Positions 48,174 to 59,850 of a DNA stretch of 64,000 bases are shown piece by piece. Every line of letters starts with the position of its first letter. The stretch's first letter is position 1. The translations under genes were made by a program, and so were the position numbers. This DNA comes from an uncultured Chloroflexia bacterium (GTDB lineage Bacteria; Chloroflexota; Dehalococcoidia; DSTF01; JALHUB01). The stretch spans positions 160,001 to 224,000 of the forward strand of contig CAVSBT010000015.1 of the NCBI GenBank assembly GCA_963726245.1, in the 5' to 3' direction. The notes below the pieces were generated by a model. The model saw only the letters and a program-made list of their open reading frames with translations. It was not told the origin of the DNA and ran no database searches.

Positions 48174-48244
48174 TGTCATTCTGAGTCCGCCGAGGCGGAC
48201 GAAGAATCTGTTCAGCGAGACCCTTCGCTTCGCTCAGGGTGACA
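48174..48244. repeat. TGTCA...TGACA long palindromic intergenic element
   Basis: tgtcattctgag..gaagaatct..agacccttcg..ctcagggtgaca; nested inverted repeats. Confidence 0.65.
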
Positions 48245-48247
48245 GGA

Positions 48248-49398
48248 CTACACAGTGTCGCAATAGGCCCTAGTGTCGTGCGATGGTGTCCCTCCGGCCT
48301 CGTTCACCATCGCCAGGAACCTCTCGAAGAGGTACATGTTGTCCAGCGGCCCCGGCGATGCCTCCGAGTGGTACTGGATGGAGAGCACGGGCAGCTCGCG
48401 GTGGCGCAGCCCCTCCACCGTGCCGTCGTTCAGGTTGACGTGGCTCACCTCGGCGCCGCCGCGCAGACCGTCGGGGTCGACGGCGTAGCCGTGGTTCTGG
48501 GCCGTGATGTAGACGCGGCCGGTCGCCAGGTCGCGCACGGGGTGGTTCGCGCCGCGATGCCCGAACTTGAGCTTGAAGGTGCCCGCTCCGAAGGCGCGAC
48601 CCAGCACCTGGTGGCCGAGGCAGATGCCCATGATGGGCATCTTGCCCAGGAGCCCGTCGGCGGAGCGCACCACGTAGTCCAGCAGGGCGGGGTCCCCCGG
48701 CCCGGGCGAGAGCACGACGCCGTCCGGCCGCAGGGCCAGGACCTCCTCGGCGCTGGAGAGGCAGGGGACGGCGGTGACGCGACAGCCCAGTCGGTGCAGG
48801 ATGCGCAGGATGTTGTACTTCACCCCCAGGTCCACTACCACGATGTGGCGGCCCGCCGGTCCGACCGCCGCCGAGGCGGCCTGGCCGTCGCCGGGCCAGT
48901 CGTAGGGCGACTCGGCGCTGACCTCCGGCACGAAGTCCACGCTGTCGTAGCGGGGCATCTCGCGCAGGCGGGCGAGGGCGTCCTCGGGCGACTCGTCGGC
49001 GGTGATCGTGCCCATCATGACGCCGACGGAGCGCAGTCGACGGGTGAGGGCGCGGGTGTCCACGCCGCTGATGCCGGGGATGTCGCGCTGCGCCAGGTAG
49101 TCGTTGAGGGTGCCCTCGGACTGCCAGTGGCTGGGGATGTCGCAGTGCTCGCGCACGACGAAGCCGCGCACCTGGATGCGCCGCGACTCCACGTCGATGC
49201 GGTTGATGCCGTAGTTGCCCTGGAGGGGGTAGGTCATGACCAGGATCTGGCCGGCGTAGGAGGGGTCGGTGAGGGCCTCCTGGTAGCCGGTCATGCTGGT
49301 GTTGAAGACCACCTCGCCGTGGGCGCGCGCGGCGCCCCGAAGGGCCTCCCTTCGAAGGCGGAGCCGTCCTCAAGGACGAGTAGGGCCTTCTCCGTCAT
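48248..49398 (-). CDS. carA: carbamoyl-phosphate synthase small subunit; frameshift near 49325
   Basis: LVLEDG, VFNTSMTGYQE, GICLGHQ, FGHRGANHPV, QYHSEASPGP. Confidence 0.95.
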
Positions 49399-49409
49399 CC
49401 GTTGCTCCT

Positions 49410-49512
49410 GTAGCGGAGGGCTTCAGCCCTCCACAGCCAACCTGTCAGCCGGCCGTAGCGGAGGGCTTCAGCCCTCCACGACCGTAGGTGGAGGCCTGAA
49501 GGCCTCCTCTAC
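49410..49512. repeat. cluster of three GTAG-type REPs; the third overlaps the pyrC stop
   Basis: gtagcggagggcttcagccctccac x2, gtaggtggaggcctgaaggcctcctctac. Confidence 0.8.
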
Positions 49513-50847
49513 GTTGTTGCGATTCGCGCCGTCTCCAGCGCGTACACCACCCGCCCGCCGTAGACCGTCGCCACCACCTGGCCGCGGAGGGTGCGACCGG
49601 CCAGGGGCGTGTTGCGTCCCTTGCTGGCGAAGCGCTCCGGCTCCACGACCCACTCCCGCTGCGGGTCGAACACCACCACGTCGGCGGGGGCGCCGGGCGC
49701 CAGGCTGCCCAGCCCTTCGAGGCCCGGCCGCCGGTCCAGCGCCAGGGCCGCCACCGGGCCCGCCGTCAGCTTCGCTATCAGGGTCGCCAGGTCCAGTCGC
49801 CCCTCGGGCACGAGGGTGAGGAGGGCGCCCAGGGCCGTCTCGAAGCCGCTGATGCCGAAGGCCGCCTGGTCGAACTCGCAGAGCTTGTCTTCCAGGGCGT
49901 GCGGCGCGTGGTCGGTGGCGATGGCGTCGATGGTGCCGTCCAGCAGCCCGTCGAGGCAGGCCTCCACGTCCTCGCGAGTCCGCAGGGGCGGGTTCACCTT
50001 GGCGTTGGTGTCGTACGTCAGACCGCGTTGTTGCCGGCCGAGAAGGCCACCGCCTCGTGGGTGAGGGTCAGGTGGTGAGGCGTGACCTCGGCGGTGACGC
50101 GGACGCCGCGGGCCTTCGCCGCCCGCACCAGCTCGACGCTGCCCCGCGTGCTGACGTGGGCGATGTGGACGTGGCTGCCCGTGAACGCCGCCAGGGCGAT
50201 GTCGCGGGCCACGGCCGCCTCTTCGGCGGCGGCGGGCTGGCCGCGCAGCCCCAGGCGCGTCGCCACCCAGCCTTCGTGCATCACGCCCTCTTTGGTCAGC
50301 GACGGCTCCTCGCAGTGGTCGATGACGGGCAGCCCCAGGGCCTGGCTGTACTCCAGGGCCCGGCGCATCAGGCTGGCGTCGGCCACGGGGTTGCCGTCGT
50401 CGCTGAAGCCGACGACGCCGGCCTCGGCCAGGTCGCCCATCTCGGCCAGGGCCTCACCGTGGCGGCCCTTGCTCACGCAGCCGATGGGCAGCACGCGCAC
50501 CAGCCCCACAGCCGCCGCCGTCCGCAGCACGTACTCCACGGTGGCCCGGCTGTCGATGGGGGGCTCCGTGTTGGGCATGCAGCAGACGGTGGTGAAGCCG
50601 CCGCGGGCCGCCGCGCGCGTGCCGGTCTCGATGGTCTCCTTGTACTCGAAGCCGGGGTCGCGCAGGTGGCAGTGGATGTCGACGAAGCCGGGGCAGACCA
50701 CCAGCCCTGCCGCCTCGATGACCTGGGCGGCGGCGAGCGCCGCCCCTACCTTGGCGATGCGCCCGTCTTCGATGAGGACGTCGGCTATCATGTCCAGGCC
50801 GCGGCCCGGGTCGAGCACGCGGCCGCCGCGGATGAGAAGGGAACCAC

Positions 50848-50851
<4 letters not shown>
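49509..50851 (-). CDS. pyrC: dihydroorotase; frameshift near 50020
   Basis: DIHCHLRDPG, MPNTEP, EVTPHHL, VNPPLR, ATDHAPH. Confidence 0.95.
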
Positions 50852-51909
<1,058 letters not shown>

Positions 51910-51911
51910 AA

Positions 51912-52454
51912 CTATCCCCCCTCCGGCGAGACGAGCACCACCTCGTCGATGCCGTCGGTCTCCTGGAACCTTACCTCCACCTCGTGGCTGTGGGAGGTTG
52001 GGATGTTCTTGCCCACGTAGTCGGCGCGGATAGGGAGCTCGCGGTGGCCGCGGTCCACCAGCACAGCGAGCTGAATGCGCTCCGGCCGCCCGTAGTCGAT
52101 GAGGGCGTCGAGGGCGGCGCGGATGCTGCGGCCGGTGTAGAGCACGTCGTCCACCAACACGACGCGCTTGTCGGCGATGTTGGTGGGGATATCGCTGGGC
52201 TTGATTTGGATGGCGACCCCCCGGGCGGGAACGTCGTCGCGATAGAGGCCGATGTCGAGGGTGCCCACCGGCACCTCATCGTGCTCGAAGTCGGCGATGG
52301 CGGCGGAGAGGCGCCGCGCGAGGGGCACGCCGCGGGTCTGCATGCCCACGAAGACCAGGTCGTGGCAACCGCGGTTGTTCTCGACGATCTCGTGGGCGAT
52401 GCGCACGATGGCGCGCCGCATGTCTTCCTGGGCCAGGATGACGCTCTCAGACAT
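51912..52454 (-). CDS. pyrR: pyr operon attenuation protein / UPRTase
   Basis: [39 protein letters not shown]. Confidence 0.97.
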   Translation of the reverse strand: MSESVILAQEDMRRAIVRIAHEIVENNRGCHDLVFVGMQTRGVPLARRLSAAIADFEHDEVPVGTLDIGLYRDDVPARGVAIQIKPSDIPTNIADKRVVLVDDVLYTGRSIRAALDALIDYGRPERIQLAVLVDRGHRELPIRADYVGKNIPTSHSHEVEVRFQETDGIDEVVLVSPEGG

Positions 52455-52455
52455 A

Positions 52456-52600
52456 AGAAAACCTCTCGTCCGCCTCGGGCAGACAAGAGGCCTCCCTTGC
52501 TTGTATTCTGCTATAGCCCTGGGCGTTCGCGCCCATCGCCGCGCTGCTCCCCTTTCCGGCCTCACAGGACCGGCCTTAAAGGTTCGACCGGGGCCTACAC
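52456..52600 (-). promoter_or_regulatory. PyrR-binding attenuator leader with terminator; extended -10 TGCTATAAT at 52608-52616
   Basis: CCTTTAA..GGTCCTGTGAGGCCGGAAAGG binding loop (52550-52583); hairpin cctcttgtctgcc/ggcggacgagagg plus TTTT. Confidence 0.88.
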
Positions 52601-52952
52601 TGGCGCGATTATAGCAGCCGTTCGCCCGCGCCGCAAGGCGATCCTTTGGACGGCGCGGCCTTTTCTCCGGCCTGGCCCGTGGCAGACGGGCCGTCTTGAC
52701 AGAGCCTCCCGTGCGGTGTACCTAGACGAGAGGCCGCCCGGCACCTTTACAGAGCGCACACCACATCGGGCGTGAGAGCGGCGCGACCGGCGGCATGGTA
52801 ACATATACGCACTCGATGCTGTTTACTTTGGTGATGGCGGGCATTAGACGGGATTAGCCTGCCCGGCGGACCAGGGCCCCCAAGGGAACTTGGGGCGGGC
52901 ATCGCAGCTCTTCTAACCATCCAGCCCAGCTAGAGAAGCGAGGCAGACTCTC

Positions 52953-55406
52953 TTGCGAAGGACCTGGCTGCTTCTGACGAACGTTATCCAGAGGCGGTAC
53001 CTCTGGATACTCGTGGTCGCCGTTCTGATCACCCCCGTCCTGGCGCTGGGCATCCCTCGCATCCGGTTCAAGACCGGCCAGGACACGCTGGTCTCCTCGA
53101 GCTCAAAGGTCTATCAGGACAACCTGCGCTACCAGCAGCAGTTTGGCGGCGACCCCATGCTCGGTCTCTTCGAGGGCGACGTCCGTCAGCTCTTCTCTTC
53201 GCCCAACGTCGATACCCTCCGCCGCCTGGAAGCGGAGCTCCGCAGTCGCAAGGACGTGAATACGGTCGTGAGCCCACTCACCGCCGTCCAGTTGGCGGGC
53301 GACCAGTTCTCACTCCAGCAACAACTGGCTCTTTCGGCGCTGGCAGGGCGAGAGGAGCAGGCCGCAACCGCGGCCCGTCAGAGCGCCGCCGCGCAGGGAC
53401 TCTCGCCGGAGGCCCAGGACCAGGCGGCCAAGGCGGCCTCCGATACTGTGGCCGCCGAGTTCGCGCAGCAGCGGCAGGCCGACGCGCTACGGCTGGCCAA
53501 AGTGGGGGAGCTCAGTCTGAGCAACCCGGCCTTTGTCGACTTCATCATATTCGATGAGAAGGGGGACGTGCGGCCGGAGCTGCGGAGCGTCATTCCCGAC
53601 CCCCAGCACGCGCTACTGGTGGTGCGCATGGCCGGCAACATGAGCATCGACGAGCAGGCGGTGGCGGCCGGCCAGATAGTGAAGACGGTGCAGGCCACGA
53701 AGTTCGAGGGACTGAGTGTGCTGCCCTCCGGGCCGGCCGTCCTGATCAAAGAGATCAACGATGACATGCGCAACAGCATCATTGGGATGGCTATTCTGGC
53801 GACGGCTATCATGGTGCTCGTACTCTCCTTCCTGTTCCCGGTGCGCTGGCGGCTCCTCTCCCTGCCCGTGGTGCTGGTCGGTTGCCTGTGGGCTTTCGGC
53901 CTGATGGGGCATCTGGGTTTGCCATTGACGATGGTAACCATCTCGGGTCTGCCCATCCTCATCGGCCTGGGAGTGGACTTCGCCATCCAGTTCCACAGTC
54001 GCTTTGACGAGGAGAGCCATCGACAGCCGAACGCGGCGAGCGCTCTCCGCGAGTCTTTGACGCATATCGGGCCGGCCATTGCGGTGGCAGTGCTCGCATC
54101 CACTTTGGGCTTCATGGTCCTCCACATCTCGCGCGTGCCCATGATCCGCGACTTCGGGTCGATGCTGGCTGTGGGCACGGTGATCCTCTTCCTGGCCGTG
54201 TTCTTCATCCTCAATGCCGTTCTCTACCGCAGCGACCGCGGCAGGCGGGGAGACCAGGCCGACCGGCCGTTGACTGCGCGCTTCCGGGTTGAAAACGTCG
54301 TGCAGACACTGACCCGGAACACGGTGGGCCGCGTCCTGCCTATCGTGGCGATAGGCCTTTTGATCGCCCTGGTGGGGCTGATGGTCGACTCCCGCATCCC
54401 AGTCCAGACGGACCCGGAGCGCTTCATCCGCCAGGACAGCCCGGTGCTCCAGGACCTCTACCACATCCGAGACGTTGCCGGTTCCTCAAGCGAGCTGGGC
54501 ATCCTCGTTCAGGCCCCGAACGTCACCAGCCCCGAGGTGCTTTCCTGGATGGCGACGTTTCAGGACCGCATGCAGCGACAGCACAGCGAGCTGCTGCGCT
54601 CCGACAGCCTGGCGACCCTCCTGATGATGGGGGCCGACGGGAGCGTGCCTCCGGCCGACCTCAAAGAGAACGTTCTGGCTACGGCGCCCTCCGATATCCG
54701 GCGCTCCCTGATGAGCGACGACCGCTCGCAGGCCGCTGTCATCTTCAGCGTGGGGGCAGGCGTCACGCTGCAGCAGCGGAAGGCTCTCGTTGACTCCATG
54801 GAGGCCGACCTGCGCCTGCCGCCTGGCGTCTCGGCGACGCCGGCAGGGCTCGCGGTGGTGGGCGTCGAGGCCATTGACGCCCTCTCCGCGAACCGGGACC
54901 TGATGGTATTCGCAGCCATGGGCGCCATCGTGTTGGGGCTGTTTCTCATCTATCGAAACCCCATCAAGGCGGTGGCGCCGGTCCTGCCCATCGTGCTCGC
55001 CCTGGGCAGTTCGTCCGTGCTGCTCTACTTCCTGGGCATCGAGCTCAGCCCCCTGACGGCCGTGTCAGGGCCTCTCATCATCGCGATGGGGAGCGAGTTC
55101 ACCCTGCTGCTGATGGCCCGCTACTTCGAGGAGCGGGGGCAAGGCGCCCCGCCGCGCGAGGCCATGGACGTGGCGACGCTGCGCATCGGGCGGGCTATCA
55201 CGACCTCAGGCCTGACGGTGATGGGAGGCTTCGCCGTCTTGGTCTTCTCCAACTTCCCGCTGCTGGTGGACTTCGGCAAGGTGACGGCCCTGGACATGGG
55301 CCTGGCCCTTCTGAGCACGCTCGTCGTGCTGCCGCCTCTCCTTATCTGGCTCGACGAGGGCATCGGGCTGGTGCCGGCCGAAGAGAGGGTGCCGGCGTCG
55401 GACTGA
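52953..55406 (+). CDS. MMPL/RND (HAE3-like) transporter
   Basis: two repeats of TM, large loop and five TM; LIGLGVDFAI. Confidence 0.9.
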   Translation: MRRTWLLLTNVIQRRYLWILVVAVLITPVLALGIPRIRFKTGQDTLVSSSSKVYQDNLRYQQQFGGDPMLGLFEGDVRQLFSSPNVDTLRRLEAELRSRKDVNTVVSPLTAVQLAGDQFSLQQQLALSALAGREEQAATAARQSAAAQGLSPEAQDQAAKAASDTVAAEFAQQRQADALRLAKVGELSLSNPAFVDFIIFDEKGDVRPELRSVIPDPQHALLVVRMAGNMSIDEQAVAAGQIVKTVQATKFEGLSVLPSGPAVLIKEINDDMRNSIIGMAILATAIMVLVLSFLFPVRWRLLSLPVVLVGCLWAFGLMGHLGLPLTMVTISGLPILIGLGVDFAIQFHSRFDEESHRQPNAASALRESLTHIGPAIAVAVLASTLGFMVLHISRVPMIRDFGSMLAVGTVILFLAVFFILNAVLYRSDRGRRGDQADRPLTARFRVENVVQTLTRNTVGRVLPIVAIGLLIALVGLMVDSRIPVQTDPERFIRQDSPVLQDLYHIRDVAGSSSELGILVQAPNVTSPEVLSWMATFQDRMQRQHSELLRSDSLATLLMMGADGSVPPADLKENVLATAPSDIRRSLMSDDRSQAAVIFSVGAGVTLQQRKALVDSMEADLRLPPGVSATPAGLAVVGVEAIDALSANRDLMVFAAMGAIVLGLFLIYRNPIKAVAPVLPIVLALGSSSVLLYFLGIELSPLTAVSGPLIIAMGSEFTLLLMARYFEERGQGAPPREAMDVATLRIGRAITTSGLTVMGGFAVLVFSNFPLLVDFGKVTALDMGLALLSTLVVLPPLLIWLDEGIGLVPAEERVPASD

Positions 55407-55492
55407 CGCCGCCCTGGAGCTCGGAACACAAAGCCCGCGACGCAGGTCGCGGGCCTTCGCATCATCGAGGTCAAGACGTCTGAAGAGCTGAC

Positions 55493-56483
55493 TTACGATT
55501 GGGGGCCGCCTATCCAGCGGAAGTACGTCCCCAGGTCGGGCAGCAGGCCTCCCGCCGCAAAGAGGAAGATGAGGCCGACGATGAGACTGAAGACGGCGGC
55601 CAGCAGCCCTGCCACGACGTAGACCAGTTGCCGCCGCTGGGCCGAGATGAAGCCGGCGGCCGTGGTGACCGTCACAAACGAATTGGAGATGAGGATCCCT
55701 AGCACAAAGAACAGGAGGGCCGCCACGCCCATGGCCTTCGTTCCTGCGCCCACGGCCGTGGCGATGATCAGGACCTGGGTGCCTGTTTCGGCGCCGATGC
55801 CGTGAATGAGGCCGACCGTGTAGGCGGTCCTGGGGCCGTACTGATCGGACGGCGTGGACGTGGACATGCTCCTGCTCCCCATGGAGTCGCGCCGAGAGCC
55901 AGTTCGCGCCGTTGCGCACACCCGCGAACACCAGCATCCACCGGCTTCGAATGCGGAACTCGCCCTTCCCTCGCAGGTAGCGGTACAGGGAGTAGAAAAG
56001 GTACGTAGCCAGGAAGATGAGGGTGACGCCCACCACCCGTTCCATGACGGGGTCAATCCAGTGAGGCAAGAACCCGGAGGCCAGTATGGCCAGCAGGCCC
56101 AGAAGGAACACGACGGTGCCGTGGCCGACGGCGTATAAGCTGCCGAGGAAGATGGCGCGCCGCTGACTCACCAGGAGGGACCCGAAGCCGCTCCGGCTGG
56201 CGGCGCGGGGCGGCGCCTCCATGACTATCGCCTCACCGCCGGCGATGGGCCGCCGGCGGAGCATCTCCGTCACCTCGTGATCGCTCTCGTCGGTGAGCAG
56301 CACACCCGGCTCGCCGGTGAGCCACTCTTCGCCGGTATCGCCGCTTGCGCTGGTCGTGCTGGTGATGTCGGTGATGGCGGCTATGTGATCCCAGTCGATG
56401 CCGTGGCGTATGCCCAGTGCGAGAGCGCCGCCCAGCACACCCAGCGAGCCACCCAGACCTATCGTCAGAAAGCTAACGTCCAA
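55493..56483 (-). CDS. NiCoT/HoxN-like nickel/cobalt permease; frameshift near 55850
   Basis: LGIRHGIDWDHIAAI, GHG, His-rich loop, GLIHGIGAET. Confidence 0.85.
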
Positions 56484-56962
56484 GCGGCGCAACTCCTGTC
56501 TCGGATCTGGCTTTGCGAGCTCGCAGCCGGGAGGAGGGGCCTTTTTGGCAGGCGGCGCAGATGCCGAAGATGGCGAAGTGCTCCAGGTCCGCCTGGAAGC
56601 CGTGGGCCTCCTGGAGCCGGTCGGCCAGCGGCCGTCAAGAAGGAATCGTCCAGGGCCGCGGTCTTCCCGCACTGCCGGCAGACCAGGTGGTGGTGCCGGC
56701 CGCGCTCACTCAGCTCGTATTCGACAACGCCCTCACCAAGGTCGGTCTCCGTGATCAGGCGCAGCTTCTTCAGAAGCTGGAGCGTCCGGTAGACAGTGGA
56801 AATGTCCACAAAGGGGTACTGCTCCTTCACCCTCTCGTGGATCGCCTCAGCCGTGATGTGGCCCGCGCTCTGATGTATTGTGGCCAGGATCATCATGCGC
56901 TGCGGGGTGAGACGGTAGCCCACCTCGCGCAGAGACGCCGCCATGTCTGAGTAAGTAGCCAT
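56473..56962 (-). CDS. Fur-family metalloregulator (possibly Nur-like); frameshift near 56635
   Basis: GYRLTPQR, STVYRTL, HHHLVCRQCG, FGICAAC. Confidence 0.9.
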
Positions 56963-57018
56963 CGTTTTCTATTGCCTAATGCTAGTTATTACATTGTAAT
57001 GCATTTGCACTAGTTGGT

Positions 57019-57795
57019 CTACGGCGCCTCCAGCCCGTGCTCCTCGAGGAGACGCATGTCCCGCAGGATCTCCGACGTAGGTCCGTCGGCCACCACCAGC
57101 CCGTCATCGAGGACCACCGTGCGCGGCAGGAGGTCGCGGACCAGGTGCATGTCATGGGTGGCGACCAGCATGGCCTGGGGCAGCTCTCGCAGCAGGCGGA
57201 TGAGGGCGCGGCGCGACCGCGGGTCGAGGCCGGAGGAGGGTTCGTCCAGGGCCAGTACGGCCGGCTCCATGGCCAGCACGGTGGCGATGGCCGCTCGCTT
57301 CCTCTCGCCCATGCTGAGACGGTGGGGCATTCGTGACCCGTATCCCTGCATGTGGACGGCGGCCAGGGCCTTGTCGACGCGCCGGCGGACCTCTGACTCG
57401 GCCAGGCCCATGTACAGCGGCCCGAAGGCCACGTCCTCGAAGACGGTGGGCGAGAAGAGCTGGTCGTCCGGGTTCTGAAAGACCAGGCCCACCAGGCCGC
57501 GTATGCGACCCAGGTTCTCCTGACTGACGGGTAGACCGGTGATGCGTACCTCGCCGTCGCCGCCGCGCAGGATGCCGTTGAGGTGAAGCAGGAGGGTGGA
57601 CTTGCCGGCGCCGTTGGGCCCCACCAGGGCGACCTTCTCGCCGGGCCCCACGGTGAGGTCTACCCCGCTCAGGGCCGGGAAGCCTCCTGGGTAGCTGTAT
57701 CGCAGGCCACGGACCTCCACGGCGGCCGGACGGTCCGCCGGACGCGTCATGCGGACGACGCCCGCCTGGGCCTTCGTCCGCGGCTGGTCGGCCAC
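57019..57795 (-). CDS. cbiO: ECF transporter ATPase NikO/CbiO
   Basis: GPNGAGKST, FQNPDDQLF, LSMGE, DEPSSGLDP. Confidence 0.92.
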   Translation of the reverse strand: MADQPRTKAQAGVVRMTRPADRPAAVEVRGLRYSYPGGFPALSGVDLTVGPGEKVALVGPNGAGKSTLLLHLNGILRGGDGEVRITGLPVSQENLGRIRGLVGLVFQNPDDQLFSPTVFEDVAFGPLYMGLAESEVRRRVDKALAAVHMQGYGSRMPHRLSMGERKRAAIATVLAMEPAVLALDEPSSGLDPRSRRALIRLLRELPQAMLVATHDMHLVRDLLPRTVVLDDGLVVADGPTSEILRDMRLLEEHGLEAP

Positions 57796-57808
57796 GGCCG
57801 CGTCTACC

Positions 57809-58609
57809 TTAGCCTCCGAATAGTCGAGCATAGGTCTCCAGGGCGGCCAGGAGGCCGAATACTATCGCCAGCGCCGCGTAGTCGGCGCGCCGCAACGAGG
57901 TAACGGCCAGGGACTTCAGTTCGCCGTCGTAGCCGCGCGAGCGCATGGCGTCGTAGATGCGCTCGGCCCGTCCAAAGCTGCGAATGAAGAGGGAACCGGT
58001 CATGTTGCCCAGGACGCGGGCCCGCCAGCGGATGCTGCCGCCGCTGGCCTTGCCGGTGACCGCGCTGCGGCACTCGCGAGCCCGCATGAGCCGCTGCGCC
58101 TCCTCGCCGATGACGAAGACGTAGCGATACATGAACGACACGGTGGCTACGATCACGCGCGGGGCGTGCAGCCCCCGCAGAGCGCGCAGAAGGTCAGTGG
58201 CCGGTGTCGTGGCCGTTAGGACCACCGCCGCGCTCACCGAGAGCCACGACCTGACGAGGATCGTCAGCAGTGCCTCCAGGCCGGCGTCGGTGGCTGTCCA
58301 GCGCCAGGCCAGGATAGGGACCCTGAAGATGGCGTCTCCCTCGCGAGTGAAGAGGAGAGGGACGGCGGCGAGAATGAAGGGCAGGGCCAGGGCGGAACGC
58401 CGCAGCACCAGGAGCGGCGAGAGGCCGCTCAGGGCCACGCCTGCCGCCAGGAGGACGGCGAGGACGCCCAGAACCTCCCAGCGGCCCGTCGGCGTCAGCG
58501 TGGCGGCGAAGATGAAGGCCAGGGCGATGAGAAGCTTTGCCCGCGCCTCCAGGCGGTGCAGGAGGCTGCCGCCCTCCTGAAAACGCTGGTCCAGGGCGAG
58601 CAGAGACAC
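57809..58609 (-). CDS. cbiQ: ECF transmembrane component NikQ/CbiQ
   Basis: LHRLEARAK, FMYRYVFV, ARECR, MRSRGY. Confidence 0.92.
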   Translation of the reverse strand: MSLLALDQRFQEGGSLLHRLEARAKLLIALAFIFAATLTPTGRWEVLGVLAVLLAAGVALSGLSPLLVLRRSALALPFILAAVPLLFTREGDAIFRVPILAWRWTATDAGLEALLTILVRSWLSVSAAVVLTATTPATDLLRALRGLHAPRVIVATVSFMYRYVFVIGEEAQRLMRARECRSAVTGKASGGSIRWRARVLGNMTGSLFIRSFGRAERIYDAMRSRGYDGELKSLAVTSLRRADYAALAIVFGLLAALETYARLFGG

Positions 58610-58612
58610 GAG

Positions 58613-58984
58613 CTACCGCTCCCCGGGTCCGGCCTCGCCTCCCGCCGATCCCGGCGGCGCCAGCGCGGCAGGCTTGGTGTCGGCGATGGCCGTCCGCCTG
58701 GAGAGGGCTCTAAGACCGAGGCCCGCGGTGAGGACGAAGGCTGCCACCACAACCACCCCCACGGCTCCGCCGAGGATGGTGGCCGCGTCTTCGTTGCCTA
58801 CCCAGGGGAAAGCGTAGTCAGCGATGAGCTTGTAAGGCGGGTCATTCCCTTTGTCAACAAATGCCTTGTCCTCGGCCACGCGCTCCAGTCCGTCGGGGCT
58901 GGAGGACGCCAGGGGGCTGAAAAGGGTGATCGCCAGGGCGATCCCCAGACCTACCAGCAGCAGGACGAGATATCCCTTCTTCAA
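58613..58984 (-). CDS. NikN, PDGLE-domain protein
   Basis: SPLASSSPDGLERVA, two TM helices. Confidence 0.88.
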   Translation of the reverse strand: MKKGYLVLLLVGLGIALAITLFSPLASSSPDGLERVAEDKAFVDKGNDPPYKLIADYAFPWVGNEDAATILGGAVGVVVVAAFVLTAGLGLRALSRRTAIADTKPAALAPPGSAGGEAGPGER

Positions 58985-59694
58985 CTCAGGCCTCCTTCCG
59001 GCGCCACCCGCCGAGGCTGCTCGACTAGGTCAGGCCGGGTGGTGAGGACGAAGGTCACGGCCGCAGCCGTGATCAGCCCCTCGCCGACGCCGATCAGGGC
59101 GTGGACGCCCATCATGGCCGGCAGGACGACGTGGAGGGGCGAGGTGCCTGAGACGGCCAGCTCGATGGACGTGGCGAAGGCCGCCAGCATGACAGTGATC
59201 CAGGAGGCGACGAAGACCCCCGTCGACAGAACCCAGCCTCGCCGGCCGTTTGTGAAGAGCGTGGCCAGGTAGTAGATGCCGTAGCCTACAAGGGCGGGGA
59301 TCACACCCATGTTGAAGACGTTGAAGCCCAGGGCAGACAGCCCGCCGTCCTGGAACATGAGCCCCTGGACGCCTATCACCGACGTCATGACGATGATGGC
59401 CGCCCAGGGCCCGACGAGAATGGCAGCCAGCGTCCCACCTAGCAGGTGGCCGGAGGTGCCGCCGGCCACGGGGAAGTTCATCATCTGGGCAGCGAATATG
59501 CAGGCCGCCGTCACTCCCATGAGGGGCACGGACTTCTCGCCCAGGCTGCGATTGGCCCTCCACACGGCCACGGCCACGAACGCCGCAGCCAGGGCATACC
59601 CCAGGCCGGCTACGGGACCGCTGAGGAAGCCGTCCGGGATGTGCATGGGCGATGGGGAGGGGAGGGTGGGAGCGGGAAGGTCTGTGTAGGCCAT
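58981..59694 (-). CDS. cbiM: ECF S component NikM/CbiM
   Basis: MHIPDGFL, GTSGHLLG, QDGGL, HALIGVGEG. Confidence 0.93.
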   Translation of the reverse strand: MAYTDLPAPTLPSPSPMHIPDGFLSGPVAGLGYALAAAFVAVAVWRANRSLGEKSVPLMGVTAACIFAAQMMNFPVAGGTSGHLLGGTLAAILVGPWAAIIVMTSVIGVQGLMFQDGGLSALGFNVFNMGVIPALVGYGIYYLATLFTNGRRGWVLSTGVFVASWITVMLAAFATSIELAVSGTSPLHVVLPAMMGVHALIGVGEGLITAAAVTFVLTTRPDLVEQPRRVAPEGGLS

Positions 59695-59776
59695 GCTCCT
59701 CTCCTTTCGGACACCGGTGGAGGAGGCTTATTGCAATTGATTGCTATAACATATTACTGCAGCACCGCCAGCAGTT

Positions 59777-59843
59777 CAACAAGCAACAAGCAGCAGGCAA
59801 CAAGGGGAGGGGAGGGGCCTTGTTGCTGGTTCCTGGTTCCTTG
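59777..59843. repeat. inverted 7-bp tandem repeat array (CAACAAG-like / CTGGTTC-like)
   Basis: caacaagcaacaagcagcaggcaacaagg..ccttgttgctggttcctggttccttg. Confidence 0.55.
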
Positions 59844-59850
59844 GGACGGG

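Noticed and set aside
49410-49512. Possible mini CRISPR array (two identical 25-bp repeats)
   Set aside because: The repeats are GTAG REP palindromes also found at 34242-34322, the spacer is only 20 bp and there are no cas genes
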